In this document: positions 37,464 to 46,875 of the stretch, in pieces
Layout: each line of letters opens with the position of its first letter
Numbering within the stretch: the first letter of the stretch is position 1
The notes under the pieces: generated by a model
Told to the model about the DNA's origin: nothing
The model's database searches: none
Seen by the model: only the letters and a program-made list of their open reading frames with translations
Translations under genes and position numbers: made by a program
DNA from: an uncultured archaeon
GTDB lineage: Archaea; Iainarchaeota; Iainarchaeia; Iainarchaeales; JAAZKV01
DNA: 64,000 bases
Direction of reading: 5' to 3'
NCBI GenBank assembly: GCA_964619405.1
Contig: CAZUCF010000004.1
Location: forward strand, 4,689 to 68,688

Positions 37464-37511
37464 TTTTTTTAAAAACAACAATTTAAAAATATTTAGCCCG
37501 CTATATATATT

Positions 37512-37724
37512 ATGGCTATTTTAAGTTCTGATGTTACTGTTCAAATGGTTAAATGGGCGGATAATAAAATAAAAAGTGGATTATATAAAAGTAAAAGCGA
37601 ACTTGTTAGGGAATTGTTTAGAGAAAAAATGCTTATGGATGATGATGCTTATTTACTTTCTCAAAAATCTCTAGAAAAAATCTGGGAAGATGAAGATGAT
37701 TCTTACTGGGAAAGCTTCTTGTGA
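37512..37724 (+). CDS. Small antitoxin-like protein upstream of MazF
   Basis: 70-aa ORF 6 nt upstream of the MazF-like gene, with an acidic C-terminus (EDEDDSYWESF). Assigned by position. Confidence 0.45.
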   Translation: MAILSSDVTVQMVKWADNKIKSGLYKSKSELVRELFREKMLMDDDAYLLSQKSLEKIWEDEDDSYWESFL

Positions 37725-37730
37725 TTAATC

Positions 37731-38063
37731 ATGGAACTTATTAATTTAGAACAACGTGAAATAATTATTGTAAGATATCCTTTTACTGATCCACGCGATT
37801 ATAAAATAAGACCAGCATTAATAATTTCTAATAGTAATTTTAACAAACGATTTGATCCTTTAATTTGTCCGATAACTACAAAAAAGAATTTTGGGAATTT
37901 TTTGATAAATAATGATTTAGAAAAAGGGAATCTGGAAAAAACAAGCTTTGTTAATACAAAAGTTATTTCTACCATTCATCCTGAATTAATATTAAAATCA
38001 ATTGGGAAATTAAAACCCAGTATTTTTGAAGAAATTAAAACAAATTTGATTAAAAATTTGTGA
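37731..38063 (+). CDS. MazF/PemK-family endoribonuclease toxin
   Basis: REIIIVRYPFTDPRDYKIRPALIISNSNFNKRFDPLICPITTK follows the PemK/MazF N-terminal pattern. Confidence 0.7.
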   Translation: MELINLEQREIIIVRYPFTDPRDYKIRPALIISNSNFNKRFDPLICPITTKKNFGNFLINNDLEKGNLEKTSFVNTKVISTIHPELILKSIGKLKPSIFEEIKTNLIKNL

Positions 38064-38092
38064 TTTTTATTATTAGTTTTTTTTTAAATTTA

Positions 38093-38224
38093 TTATTGAT
38101 ATTTTATAAATTCTTCTTCATTTATTTTTGCTAATTTTAGAATTCCTTTTAAAGTACCTATTTTTAGTTCGGGATGATTTGGCAGGATAGTTCCAATACT
38201 TGAATCAATTAAATTTCTTTCCAT
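38093..38224 (-). pseudogene. HicA-like toxin remnant (43 codons)
   Basis: My translation is MERNLIDSSIGTILPNHPELKIGTLKGILKLAKINEEEFIKYQ. The C-terminal half matches the HicA pattern (P.H...L..GTL..IL...I..EEF). The N-terminal GSH catalytic region is missing or degenerate, and no HicB is nearby. Confidence 0.35.
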
Positions 38225-38323
38225 AAAACCACTAAATAAATATGCCAAAACGATATATGAATATTTCTATTTATTTGGGATCAAACCAATAGTAATTAAA
38301 AATCAATTTATTCTATTCTTCTT

Positions 38324-39259
38324 ATGCAAGAAATAAATTTAGCAAATAAAAGAATCACTATTACTGGTGCTCACGGCTTCTTAGGAAAACATTTAGTTAG
38401 CGAATTTAAAAAAAATGGAATTACTAATTTATTCCTGCCAACTAGCAAAGAATATGATTTAGTTGAAAAAGAATCGTGTGAAGAAATAGCTAAAGAAAGT
38501 GACATAATAATTCATTTAGCAGCAAAAGTTGGTGGAATCCTTGCTAACAAAGAAAATCCTGCTACTTTTTTTTATGATAATTTAATGATGGGTGTACAAT
38601 TAATTGAACAAGCTCGTTTAAACAATGTTGAAAAATTTGTTGCATTAGGAACAGTTTGTGCTTACCCAAAATTTACTCCCATTCCATTTAAAGAAGAAGA
38701 TTTGTGGAAGGGTTATCCTGAGGAAACCAATGCGCCTTATGGTTTAGCAAAAAAAATGTTGTTAGTTCAATTACAAGCCTATAAAGAACAATATGATTTC
38801 AACGGAATTTATTTACTTCCAGTTAACTTGTATGGTCCAGGAGATAATTTTGATTTAACAAGTTCTCATGTAATTCCTGCCCTCATCAGAAAGTTTGTTG
38901 AAGCAAGAGAAAAAAATTCTCCAAAAGTAGAAATTTGGGGTACTGGTTCTGCTTCAAGAGAATTTTTATATGTAAAAGATGCTGCTCACGCAATTTTCCT
39001 TGCAACAAAAAACTATAACAAAACAGACCCAGTAAACCTTGGTTCTGGCTCAGAAATAACTATTAAAGATTTAGCCGAAAAAATCAAAACCCTAACTGGT
39101 TATAACGGAGAAATTGTTTTTGATTCTTCTAAACCCGATGGCCAACCTCGCAGATGCTTAGACACTTCAAAAGCCGAAAAAGAATTTGGTTTTAAAGCCC
39201 AAACAAGCTTTGATTCTGGTTTAAAAGAAACTATAAAATGGTGGGAAGAGAATTGTTGA
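38324..39259 (+). CDS. fcl: GDP-L-fucose synthase (GDP-4-keto-6-deoxymannose 3,5-epimerase/4-reductase) or the related ColC-type reductase
   Basis: [45 protein letters not shown] and a C-terminal pattern typical of Fcl/WcaG. Confidence 0.8.
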   Translation: MQEINLANKRITITGAHGFLGKHLVSEFKKNGITNLFLPTSKEYDLVEKESCEEIAKESDIIIHLAAKVGGILANKENPATFFYDNLMMGVQLIEQARLNNVEKFVALGTVCAYPKFTPIPFKEEDLWKGYPEETNAPYGLAKKMLLVQLQAYKEQYDFNGIYLLPVNLYGPGDNFDLTSSHVIPALIRKFVEAREKNSPKVEIWGTGSASREFLYVKDAAHAIFLATKNYNKTDPVNLGSGSEITIKDLAEKIKTLTGYNGEIVFDSSKPDGQPRRCLDTSKAEKEFGFKAQTSFDSGLKETIKWWEENC

Positions 39260-39261
39260 AA

Positions 39262-40013
39262 TTATTTCTCTAATCTGTATATAATATTAGTATTATTTTT
39301 GTGAGCGGCTTCATATCCTAAAAACTCTAAAAAAATTTGACTATTCTTGTTTTGTTTTCCACTTGTGTGTGGCACAGTTTCAATACAAATTATAGTTGGT
39401 TTAAAATTTTTTCCAATCATTTGATTCTAGTACTTCCATGTCAAATCCTTCAGTGTCAATTGAAAAGAAATCAATTTTTTTGTTTTTAGCATATTTTTCA
39501 AGAACTTTTTTTAATGGCAATGTTTTAACTTTTCTTTCTCTAATAAATTTGTATCCTTCTTTTATGTAAGATTTCATTTCTTTTTTTTGAGAATGTTGAT
39601 AACATATCCGGTTCCATTTCATAGAATGTTAAATTTCCTTCTTTTTTTGAAATCCCAATATTCAAGTTTATGTCTCTTTTTCTTTGTTCTAAAAATAATT
39701 TGTACCCTCTAATATTTGGTTCAATGTTTATTCCACTCCAACCTTTATCATAAAATCTTTTAGTATTGTTAAAACCAATTGGATTATTTGCTCCAACATC
39801 CACATAAAAACCATTTTTTTTATTTTTTAATAATGAATCTATTAGCATGTCTTCTCTATGTTGGCTGTATGAACCAAAAATAGTTAGAAAAGAATATTTA
39901 GTATTATATAATTTTCTAAGAAAAGCGTTTTGTGCGATCAACAAACTCAAAAAGTTTTTTATTTGCATATTAATGAAAACAAATAATTTGTTTTTAAATG
40001 TGAGTAATCGCAA
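39262..40013 (-). pseudogene. FkbM-family methyltransferase broken by two homopolymer frameshifts
   Basis: Three consecutive frames read through one protein. They are ...GFYVDVGANNPIGF...NIEPN...LTFYEMEPDMLSTFSKK / EMKSYIKEGY...IDFFSIDTEGFDMEVLESNDWK / NFKPTIICIETVPHTSGK...IIYRLEK. The shifts occur at an A8 run (39581-39588) and an A6T4 run (39403-39412). Confidence 0.7.
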
Positions 40014-40062
40014 TTCAATTCATACTGATACTATTTAAATATAAAATTATCTTATTATTGGT

Positions 40063-41412
40063 ATGAAAGAAAAAATAAAAACAGTTATTCCAAAAAAAAT
40101 TAGGCGTAAATTTACAAACAGACCAGTTTTACAAAAAATAGTAAAAAATATTGGTTGGTTAACTGGTGAAAGAATATTAGAGTTATTAGTTGCATTAACG
40201 GTGGGAATTTGGGTTGCACGTTATTTGGGTCCTAGTGATTATGGATTAATGAGTTTTGCGATTGCTTTTTGTTCATTATTTTCTCCGTTCATTAATCTTG
40301 GACTTGATACTATTTTACATAGGGAACTTGTTGATAAACCAGAAAAAAGTAATATTTTACTTGGAACAGTTTTTAGGATAAAATTCTTTTCAAGTATTGT
40401 TGTGGGTTTAGTAATGTTATTAATAATTTTTTTAATAAAACCAAGCGATTTTTTATTATTTTCAATGATTGGAGTATTTGCTCTTGGAAATATAGTTAAT
40501 ACTTTTGGAGGGATGGGTACTTATTTTCATGCAAAAATAGAATCAAATAAAGTGGTAAAATCATCAAGTATTGCATTAATTTTGAGTAATATTTTGAAAA
40601 TTTTCTTTATTTTATTTAATTTTTCAGTTTTTTATTTTGTAATAGCTTCTTTGATTAATACAATATTAATAATGTTAATTCAAACAATTTATTATTTCAA
40701 AGAAAAACAATCAATATTCAAATGGAAATTTGATTTAAAATTAGTAAAAAAAATGTTGTTAATGAGTTGGCCATTATTGTTTTCTGCTTTATTTGCAGTT
40801 ATTTATTTGAAAATTGATCAAGTAATGATTGGATTACTGCTTTCTGAATATGAAGTTGGAATTTATTCTGTTGCAGTAAGAATAAGCGAGATTGGATTTT
40901 TTTTACCAGGGGCAATTGCTGGTTCTTTATTTCCTGTTTTAATGGGGTCTAAAAAAATTTCTAAAGAAAAATATTTTGCAAGATTACAAAAAATGTTTGA
41001 TTTATTTACTTGGCTTCCTTTTTTAATAATTATTCCAATATTCTTTTTTTCTAGTTTTATTATAATTTTTTTATATGGGGCAGAGTTTGCTTTTGCTGGG
41101 ATAGTTCTTTCTATTCTAATATGGGTTCTTTTAGCTATTTTTGTTAAAGCTGGAGTAGATAATTTTATTAGTACTGAAAAATTATTCAAAATTAGTTTAT
41201 ATTCATCTATTATGGGAGCAACAATAAATATTATCGCAAATTTAATTTTGATTCCAACTTTTGGAATTGTTGGTGCTGCGTTTGCAACAATCATTTCTTA
41301 CTTTTTTGTTGCTTATTTTAGTAATTTATTCTTCAAAGAAACAAGGTTTTTATTTAAAATGCAATTAAAATCATTTAATTTAGTGAGGGTTATAAATGAA
41401 ATCAGAAAATAG
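40063..41412 (+). CDS. Wzx-type oligosaccharide flippase (MOP superfamily)
   Basis: KNIGWLTGERILELLVALTVGIWVARYLGPSDYG at the N-terminus and about 12 TM segments. Confidence 0.7.
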   Translation: MKEKIKTVIPKKIRRKFTNRPVLQKIVKNIGWLTGERILELLVALTVGIWVARYLGPSDYGLMSFAIAFCSLFSPFINLGLDTILHRELVDKPEKSNILLGTVFRIKFFSSIVVGLVMLLIIFLIKPSDFLLFSMIGVFALGNIVNTFGGMGTYFHAKIESNKVVKSSSIALILSNILKIFFILFNFSVFYFVIASLINTILIMLIQTIYYFKEKQSIFKWKFDLKLVKKMLLMSWPLLFSALFAVIYLKIDQVMIGLLLSEYEVGIYSVAVRISEIGFFLPGAIAGSLFPVLMGSKKISKEKYFARLQKMFDLFTWLPFLIIIPIFFFSSFIIIFLYGAEFAFAGIVLSILIWVLLAIFVKAGVDNFISTEKLFKISLYSSIMGATINIIANLILIPTFGIVGAAFATIISYFFVAYFSNLFFKETRFLFKMQLKSFNLVRVINEIRK

Positions 41413-42298
41413 TGAAGCTCTACCAATAATTTTTGTTCACAAAGGAGATTCTTTTTATTTAAAATATGCTTTAGAAAGTGCAAAAAAATTTAACCCAAAA
41501 TCAAGAATAATTTTGCTTGGTGATAATGTAACAATTTATCCTGGTTTTGTTGAATATTATGAAATGAATAAATTTGACAAATATTCAAAATTTTTAGAAA
41601 AAAATTATGTTCATTTGAATACTTCAAACCCTGAAATTGAAATGTTTTGTATTAAAAGATGGTTAGTTTTGCTTGATTTTGTTGAAAAACAAAAATTGAA
41701 AAAATTGTTTACTTGTGATTCTGATGTCCTATTATTTCAAAACATTACTGAAGATTCAAAAAATTATGAAAAATTTGATTTTCTTTTAGCAAATGGGAAT
41801 AGTGCTGGACTCACATTTATTAACAAAATAAAAGTTCTTGAACAATACAAAAACATTGTTTTTGACTTTTATAAAAATAAAGCTAAAAAAAATAATAAAA
41901 ACATTAGAATAACTGATATGAGTTTTTGGAAACAATTAAATGATTCTAAAAAGTTTAAGGTTGGAGAAGCAACAAAAATAATTGATAATGCATTTTATGA
42001 TTTTGGTTTTTTGTCTCAAAATTATTATTATGGAAAAAATAATTATGGCATAAAAAAATTAGTGTTCAAAAATGGACTTCCATTTGGAGAAATAAACAAT
42101 TCTTTAGTTAGGTTAAAGGTAATTCACTTTCAAGGTCCAACAAAGTTTTATATGAAAGATTTTTTACAAGGAAAAAACAATATTTTTATTGAATTAAAAG
42201 TAAAATCTTTGATTTGGTTCAGAGACAATTTTAGTGGAAAAATGTCTAATAATACTCGAATTAAAATAAAGCAGTTTATGGTAAAATTTGGTGTTTAG
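41396..42298 (+). CDS. Putative GT-A-type glycosyltransferase (DxD), family unclear
   Basis: LPIIFVHKGDSFYL..., CDSDVLLF (DxD-like). Sits inside the glycan cluster and overlaps the flippase gene by 17 nt. Confidence 0.3.
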   Translation: MKSENSEALPIIFVHKGDSFYLKYALESAKKFNPKSRIILLGDNVTIYPGFVEYYEMNKFDKYSKFLEKNYVHLNTSNPEIEMFCIKRWLVLLDFVEKQKLKKLFTCDSDVLLFQNITEDSKNYEKFDFLLANGNSAGLTFINKIKVLEQYKNIVFDFYKNKAKKNNKNIRITDMSFWKQLNDSKKFKVGEATKIIDNAFYDFGFLSQNYYYGKNNYGIKKLVFKNGLPFGEINNSLVRLKVIHFQGPTKFYMKDFLQGKNNIFIELKVKSLIWFRDNFSGKMSNNTRIKIKQFMVKFGV

Positions 42299-42306
42299 GT
42301 GTTGAA

Positions 42307-43416
42307 TTGAATAATTTAAAAGAAATTTATTTATTTTTTAATAATCTAAAATTGGAACTTTATAAAGTAAATTATATTCAAAAATTTGTTGGAAACTTCC
42401 CTAATAAAAAAAGGTTTTTTCCAGAATATGCAAATAAAACTAATTCAAAAATATTTTTTTTAGAAAATAAAGGGGGTATAATAAAAAAGCCGAGTACAAG
42501 TGAAAAAAAGATTCATGAAAAATTTCCAAAAAAGTATAAAGTGCCTAATAAACAAGTTTTTGTTGGTTTAATTAAAAATGCACGAATATTATCAAAAAAT
42601 GCTAACATTATAACAGAAGATAAAATTGATATTAACGAAGATATTTCTTCTTTGTCTGAAAGTATGACTTCTTATGAAAATTATTTAGTTTTGCCAAAAA
42701 TTAAAACAATTGATTCAAGAGTTTTAACAATTAGTAATTCAGAAAACTATTTTCACTGGATGTTTGAAATCCTGCCAAGATTACATTTTATTAAAAAAAC
42801 TGGTTTGAAAACAGATTATTACTTACTTCCAAGTAATAAGCAATTCCAAAAAGATTCAATTAAAGCTCTAAAAATTCCAGAAAAAAAAATTATTAATTTA
42901 AATGAAAAAACACACATAAAAACAAAAGAAGTATTATTTTCTTCAATGCCAAGTTATTCAGGAAATCCAACTCCTGAAATTTGTAGTTTTGTTAGAAAAC
43001 TGTTTTTAAAAAAATATGACAAAAAAAAGTATAAAAAATATGAAAAAATTTATGTTTGTAGAGGTAATGTAAAATATAGAAAAGTTTCAAACGAAAAAGA
43101 AGTAATTAGTTTTTTAGAAAAAAAAGGTTTTGTTTCTGTTAAAATGGATGGTTTATCAGTATTTGAACAAGCAAGAATATTCAATTCAGCAAAAATAATT
43201 ATTGCACCACATGGCGCGGCCCTAACCAACCTAGTTTTTTGTAAAAAAGGAACAAAAGTGATTGAACTTTTTAACCCAGATTATGTTAATGTTTGTTTTT
43301 GGACCATTGCAAACAATATTAATATTAAATATTTTTATGTTTTTGGTGAACGACAAATAGGCATTAAGCAGAATATGTTAATTAATATTTGTGTTTTTGA
43401 TAAAATATTTACTTAA
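42307..43416 (+). CDS. Glycosyltransferase family 61 / DUF563
   Basis: ENYFHWMFEILPRL and IIAPHGAALTNLVFC. TTG start according to the ORF track. Confidence 0.65.
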   Translation: MNNLKEIYLFFNNLKLELYKVNYIQKFVGNFPNKKRFFPEYANKTNSKIFFLENKGGIIKKPSTSEKKIHEKFPKKYKVPNKQVFVGLIKNARILSKNANIITEDKIDINEDISSLSESMTSYENYLVLPKIKTIDSRVLTISNSENYFHWMFEILPRLHFIKKTGLKTDYYLLPSNKQFQKDSIKALKIPEKKIINLNEKTHIKTKEVLFSSMPSYSGNPTPEICSFVRKLFLKKYDKKKYKKYEKIYVCRGNVKYRKVSNEKEVISFLEKKGFVSVKMDGLSVFEQARIFNSAKIIIAPHGAALTNLVFCKKGTKVIELFNPDYVNVCFWTIANNINIKYFYVFGERQIGIKQNMLINICVFDKIFT

Positions 43417-43488
43417 TTGTAATAAAAAACATTTTTAAATAAAAAAGGTTTAATTATTTTAAGATTTTTTTAATTTTTGGGTTAGGAA

Positions 43489-44061
43489 GTGTTTTGTTTG
43501 GATTATAAATATTTTAGAACTGTTGTTATTAGTCAAATAAAAGCGGTTGTTACTCAAAGAATTAATCCAATTGAGCTATTTATGAAACCAATCAATCCAA
43601 TTTGGATGAATTTAAAAATGCAAAAATGGTTTGATAATAATCTAAAAAAAGATATGCGTGTTTTTGAATATGGTAGTGGAAATTCAAGCAAATATATTGC
43701 ATCTAAAGTAAAAGAAATAATTTGTGTCGAAGACAGTGAAAAATGGTATGCATTTAACAAAAAGGGTGCTCCAAAAAACATGAAAATAATTTTGGCTAAA
43801 AATAAAATGGATTATGTTAATAATATAAAAAATAAAGGACTTTTTGATATTATTATTGTTGATGGGAATTATAGAAAAGAATGTTTTGAATCTGCTTTGA
43901 AAAGATTGAAAGTAGGTGGTTATTTAGTTTTTGATAATTTAGAAAGGCCTGAAAACTTAACTATATTTAATTCTATTAATGGTTCAAAAAAGTTATTTAA
44001 TGGTCTAATTCCTGGTCAAGGTGGATATTGTAAAACTGGAATTTATGTGAATCAAGAGTAA
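43489..44061 (+). CDS. Class I methyltransferase-like protein
   Basis: VFEYGSGNSSKYIA (motif I-like), IIIVDGNYRKEC, VGGYLVFDN. Confidence 0.4.
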   Translation: MFCLDYKYFRTVVISQIKAVVTQRINPIELFMKPINPIWMNLKMQKWFDNNLKKDMRVFEYGSGNSSKYIASKVKEIICVEDSEKWYAFNKKGAPKNMKIILAKNKMDYVNNIKNKGLFDIIIVDGNYRKECFESALKRLKVGGYLVFDNLERPENLTIFNSINGSKKLFNGLIPGQGGYCKTGIYVNQE

Positions 44062-44112
44062 TTAGATATCTAATTGCTTGGTTGTATCAAAACCTTTTTA
44101 TTTTGATTTTGA

Positions 44113-45279
44113 TTGATATTTGTTATGATTAAGTTGATGAAAAACACTTTTTTTAATGAGGCCTTAACTAAAAAGAATTTGGCCAATTTTATTGTTGGTT
44201 CTGAAAAGTTGAGTATGGGCCAGAAATGTTTTGAGTTTGAAGAAAAATTTTCTAAGTATCAAGGTAGAAAATATGCTGTTTTTGTTAATAATGGTAGTTC
44301 AGCAAATTTAGGGCTTATACAAAGTTTGATTAATCTTGGAAGGTTAAAAAAAGGTGATAAAGTTGGGTTTTCTTCAATTACTTGGGCGACAAATGTTATG
44401 CCTTTAATCCAATTAGGTTTAGAACCTATTCCAATAGATGTATCTGAAAAGAATCTTAATGTGGATATAGTTAATATTCAAAATTTAAAAGAAGATATTA
44501 AAGTTTTGTTTTTAACAAATCTTCTTGGTTTTTCTGGAAAAATTGATAAAATAAAAGAGTTTTGTGAAAAAAAAGGTATTATTTTGTTAGAAGATAATTG
44601 TGAGTCTCTTGGTAGTATTGTTGTTGGAGACAAATTAGGTAATTTTGGTTTAGCAAGCACATTTTCTTTTTTTGTTGGACACCATCTTTCAACAATAGAA
44701 GGTGGAATGGTTTGTACTGATGATTTTGATTTGTATAACATGCTTTTAATGGTGAGAGCACATGGTTGGACTAGGGATGTGGATGAAAAAACTGAAGAAG
44801 TTTTAAAGAAAAAATATTCAATTAATGATTTTTACAATCAATACACATTTTATTATAATGCTTATAATTTAAGACCAACAGAGATAAATGGTTTTTTAGG
44901 TTTAGAACAAATGAAATATGTAGAAAAAATTCACGAGGTTAGAAATAATAATTTCAAAAAATTTGAAAACGCGATTAAAAATAATGACGATTTTTTGAAA
45001 TTAGATTTTTCGCACATGGATTTTATTTCTAATTTTGCTTATCCATTAATTTGTAAAAATAAAACAATTTTAGAAAAATATTTGGAAAAGTTTTCAAATG
45101 TTGAAATAAGACCGATTGTTGGTGGGAGTATGGTAGAGCAACCATTTTTCGGGAACAAAAAATATTCTTGTCCAATAGCTAAAAAAATTCATGAGCTTGG
45201 TTTTTATATTCCAAACAATCCTGATTTAAATAAAGAAGAAATTGATTTTATGTGTAATATATTAGGTGATAAGAATTAG
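44113..45279 (+). CDS. ColD/RfbH-like sugar 3-dehydratase of the DegT/DnrJ/EryC1 fold (His replaces the Schiff-base Lys)
   Basis: GSSANL, STFSFFVGHHLSTIEGGMVCTDD (HH where aminotransferases carry K), RAHGWTRD. Confidence 0.6.
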   Translation: MIFVMIKLMKNTFFNEALTKKNLANFIVGSEKLSMGQKCFEFEEKFSKYQGRKYAVFVNNGSSANLGLIQSLINLGRLKKGDKVGFSSITWATNVMPLIQLGLEPIPIDVSEKNLNVDIVNIQNLKEDIKVLFLTNLLGFSGKIDKIKEFCEKKGIILLEDNCESLGSIVVGDKLGNFGLASTFSFFVGHHLSTIEGGMVCTDDFDLYNMLLMVRAHGWTRDVDEKTEEVLKKKYSINDFYNQYTFYYNAYNLRPTEINGFLGLEQMKYVEKIHEVRNNNFKKFENAIKNNDDFLKLDFSHMDFISNFAYPLICKNKTILEKYLEKFSNVEIRPIVGGSMVEQPFFGNKKYSCPIAKKIHELGFYIPNNPDLNKEEIDFMCNILGDKN

Positions 45280-45718
45280 TTCAAAATTTATTCCTGAATG
45301 TAAATACAAAATAATTATGGAAAATGTTCCAATAATATGTGTTGATTTGTTAGTAAAATATAACGATACATATTTGTTAATGTTAAGAAAAAATAATCCT
45401 ATTAAAGGAAAATATTGGATGCCGGGTGGCAGAGTTTATAAAAATGAATCTCTTGGAAAAGCAGTTAAAAGAAAATGTTTAGAAGAATGTGGTGTTAAAG
45501 TAAAAAATTATAAAAAAGTCGGTGTCATTGAATATATTAAAGAAGAAGCTCCATTTAATAATATTAAATCAGGAATTCATGTAGTAAGTATTGTTTATGA
45601 GATTTTAATAGATTCTAAAAATATTTTAATGGATTCCCAACACGATGATTATAAATGGGTGTCTTTTGAAAATTTTCCAAAAAAGTTAAAAGAAATGTTG
45701 AAAGGTTTTAATTTATGA
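45266..45718 (+). CDS. Nudix hydrolase, GDP-mannose mannosyl hydrolase (Gmm/WcaH)-like
   Basis: PGGRVYKNESLGKAVKRKCLEECGV is a Nudix box of the Gmm type. Overlaps both neighbouring genes. Confidence 0.55.
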   Translation: MIRISSKFIPECKYKIIMENVPIICVDLLVKYNDTYLLMLRKNNPIKGKYWMPGGRVYKNESLGKAVKRKCLEECGVKVKNYKKVGVIEYIKEEAPFNNIKSGIHVVSIVYEILIDSKNILMDSQHDDYKWVSFENFPKKLKEMLKGFNL

Positions 45719-46806
45719 TTCCACAGATTTTACCATGGATTGATGAAGAAGAAGTAAAAGAAGTTTCTGAGGCTGTTAAATCAACTTGGGTTACTGAAGC
45801 AAACAAAACAAAGAAATTTGAAGAAATGTTTAAGGAGTTAACTCAAACAAAGTATGCCCATGCTTTTTCTAATGGAACAGTAACCCTTTTTACTGCTTTA
45901 AAAGTATTAAATATTGGAAAGGGTGATGAAGTTATTACGCCAAGTTTTACATTTATTGCTTCAATTAATCCAATAATCATTGCTGGTGCAAATCCTATTT
46001 TAATTGATATTGATAAAGATACATTTTGTATTGATTACAAACTTATTGAAGAAAAAATTACGCCTAATACAAAAGCGATTATGCCTGTTCATTTATATGG
46101 ACAATCAGCTGATATGCCAAAAATAATGAAAATAGCTAAGAAACACGGTTTGCATGTTATTGAAGATGCTGCTCAAGCTGTTGGAGTAAAATTCAATGGA
46201 AAACATGCTGGCACTTTTGGAGACTATGGTAGTTTTTCTTTTTATGGTAATAAAACAATAACCACTGGTGAAGGTGGAATGTTAGTTACAAATAACAAAA
46301 AATTGTCTGATTTAGCATATCGTTATAAAAATCATGGGCGTTTAAAAAAAGGTGTTTTTATTCATGATTCAATAGGAATGAATTTTAGTTTTACTGAAAT
46401 GCAAGCTGCATTAGGAATAACTCAGCTTAAAAAATTAGAAAAAATAATTGATAAAAAAAATAAAATTCGTGAATATTATATAAAAGAGCTTTCTGAAATA
46501 AAAGAAATAAATTTTCCAAAAATTAATCCACGTTGTGAACCAGTTCATTGGTTTACTAACATAATGATTCCAAGTGCAAAAAAACTTTCTGAATTTTTGT
46601 TGAAAAAAGAAATTCAAACAAGACGATTTTTTTATCCAATATACAAACAACCATGTTATAAAAATTTTAATTTTAACAAAAATTTTCCAAATTCTGAATA
46701 TGCATATAATTGTGGTTTGTCATTACCGTCATCATATAATTTAACTGATAATGAATTAGAAAAAATTTGTTTTGAAATAAAGAAATTTTATTCAAATAAA
46801 AAATAA
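45715..46806 (+). CDS. DegT-family PLP sugar aminotransferase, GDP-perosamine synthase-like
   Basis: FSNGTVTLFTAL, HVIEDAAQAVG, FSFYGNKTITTGEGGML (Lys retained). Confidence 0.65.
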   Translation: MIPQILPWIDEEEVKEVSEAVKSTWVTEANKTKKFEEMFKELTQTKYAHAFSNGTVTLFTALKVLNIGKGDEVITPSFTFIASINPIIIAGANPILIDIDKDTFCIDYKLIEEKITPNTKAIMPVHLYGQSADMPKIMKIAKKHGLHVIEDAAQAVGVKFNGKHAGTFGDYGSFSFYGNKTITTGEGGMLVTNNKKLSDLAYRYKNHGRLKKGVFIHDSIGMNFSFTEMQAALGITQLKKLEKIIDKKNKIREYYIKELSEIKEINFPKINPRCEPVHWFTNIMIPSAKKLSEFLLKKEIQTRRFFYPIYKQPCYKNFNFNKNFPNSEYAYNCGLSLPSSYNLTDNELEKICFEIKKFYSNKK

Positions 46807-46875
46807 TAAAATAATTTTTTTGAAAATCATTATTGTACCTACTTATATTTAAATAATTTGTATAACTAATAATTT

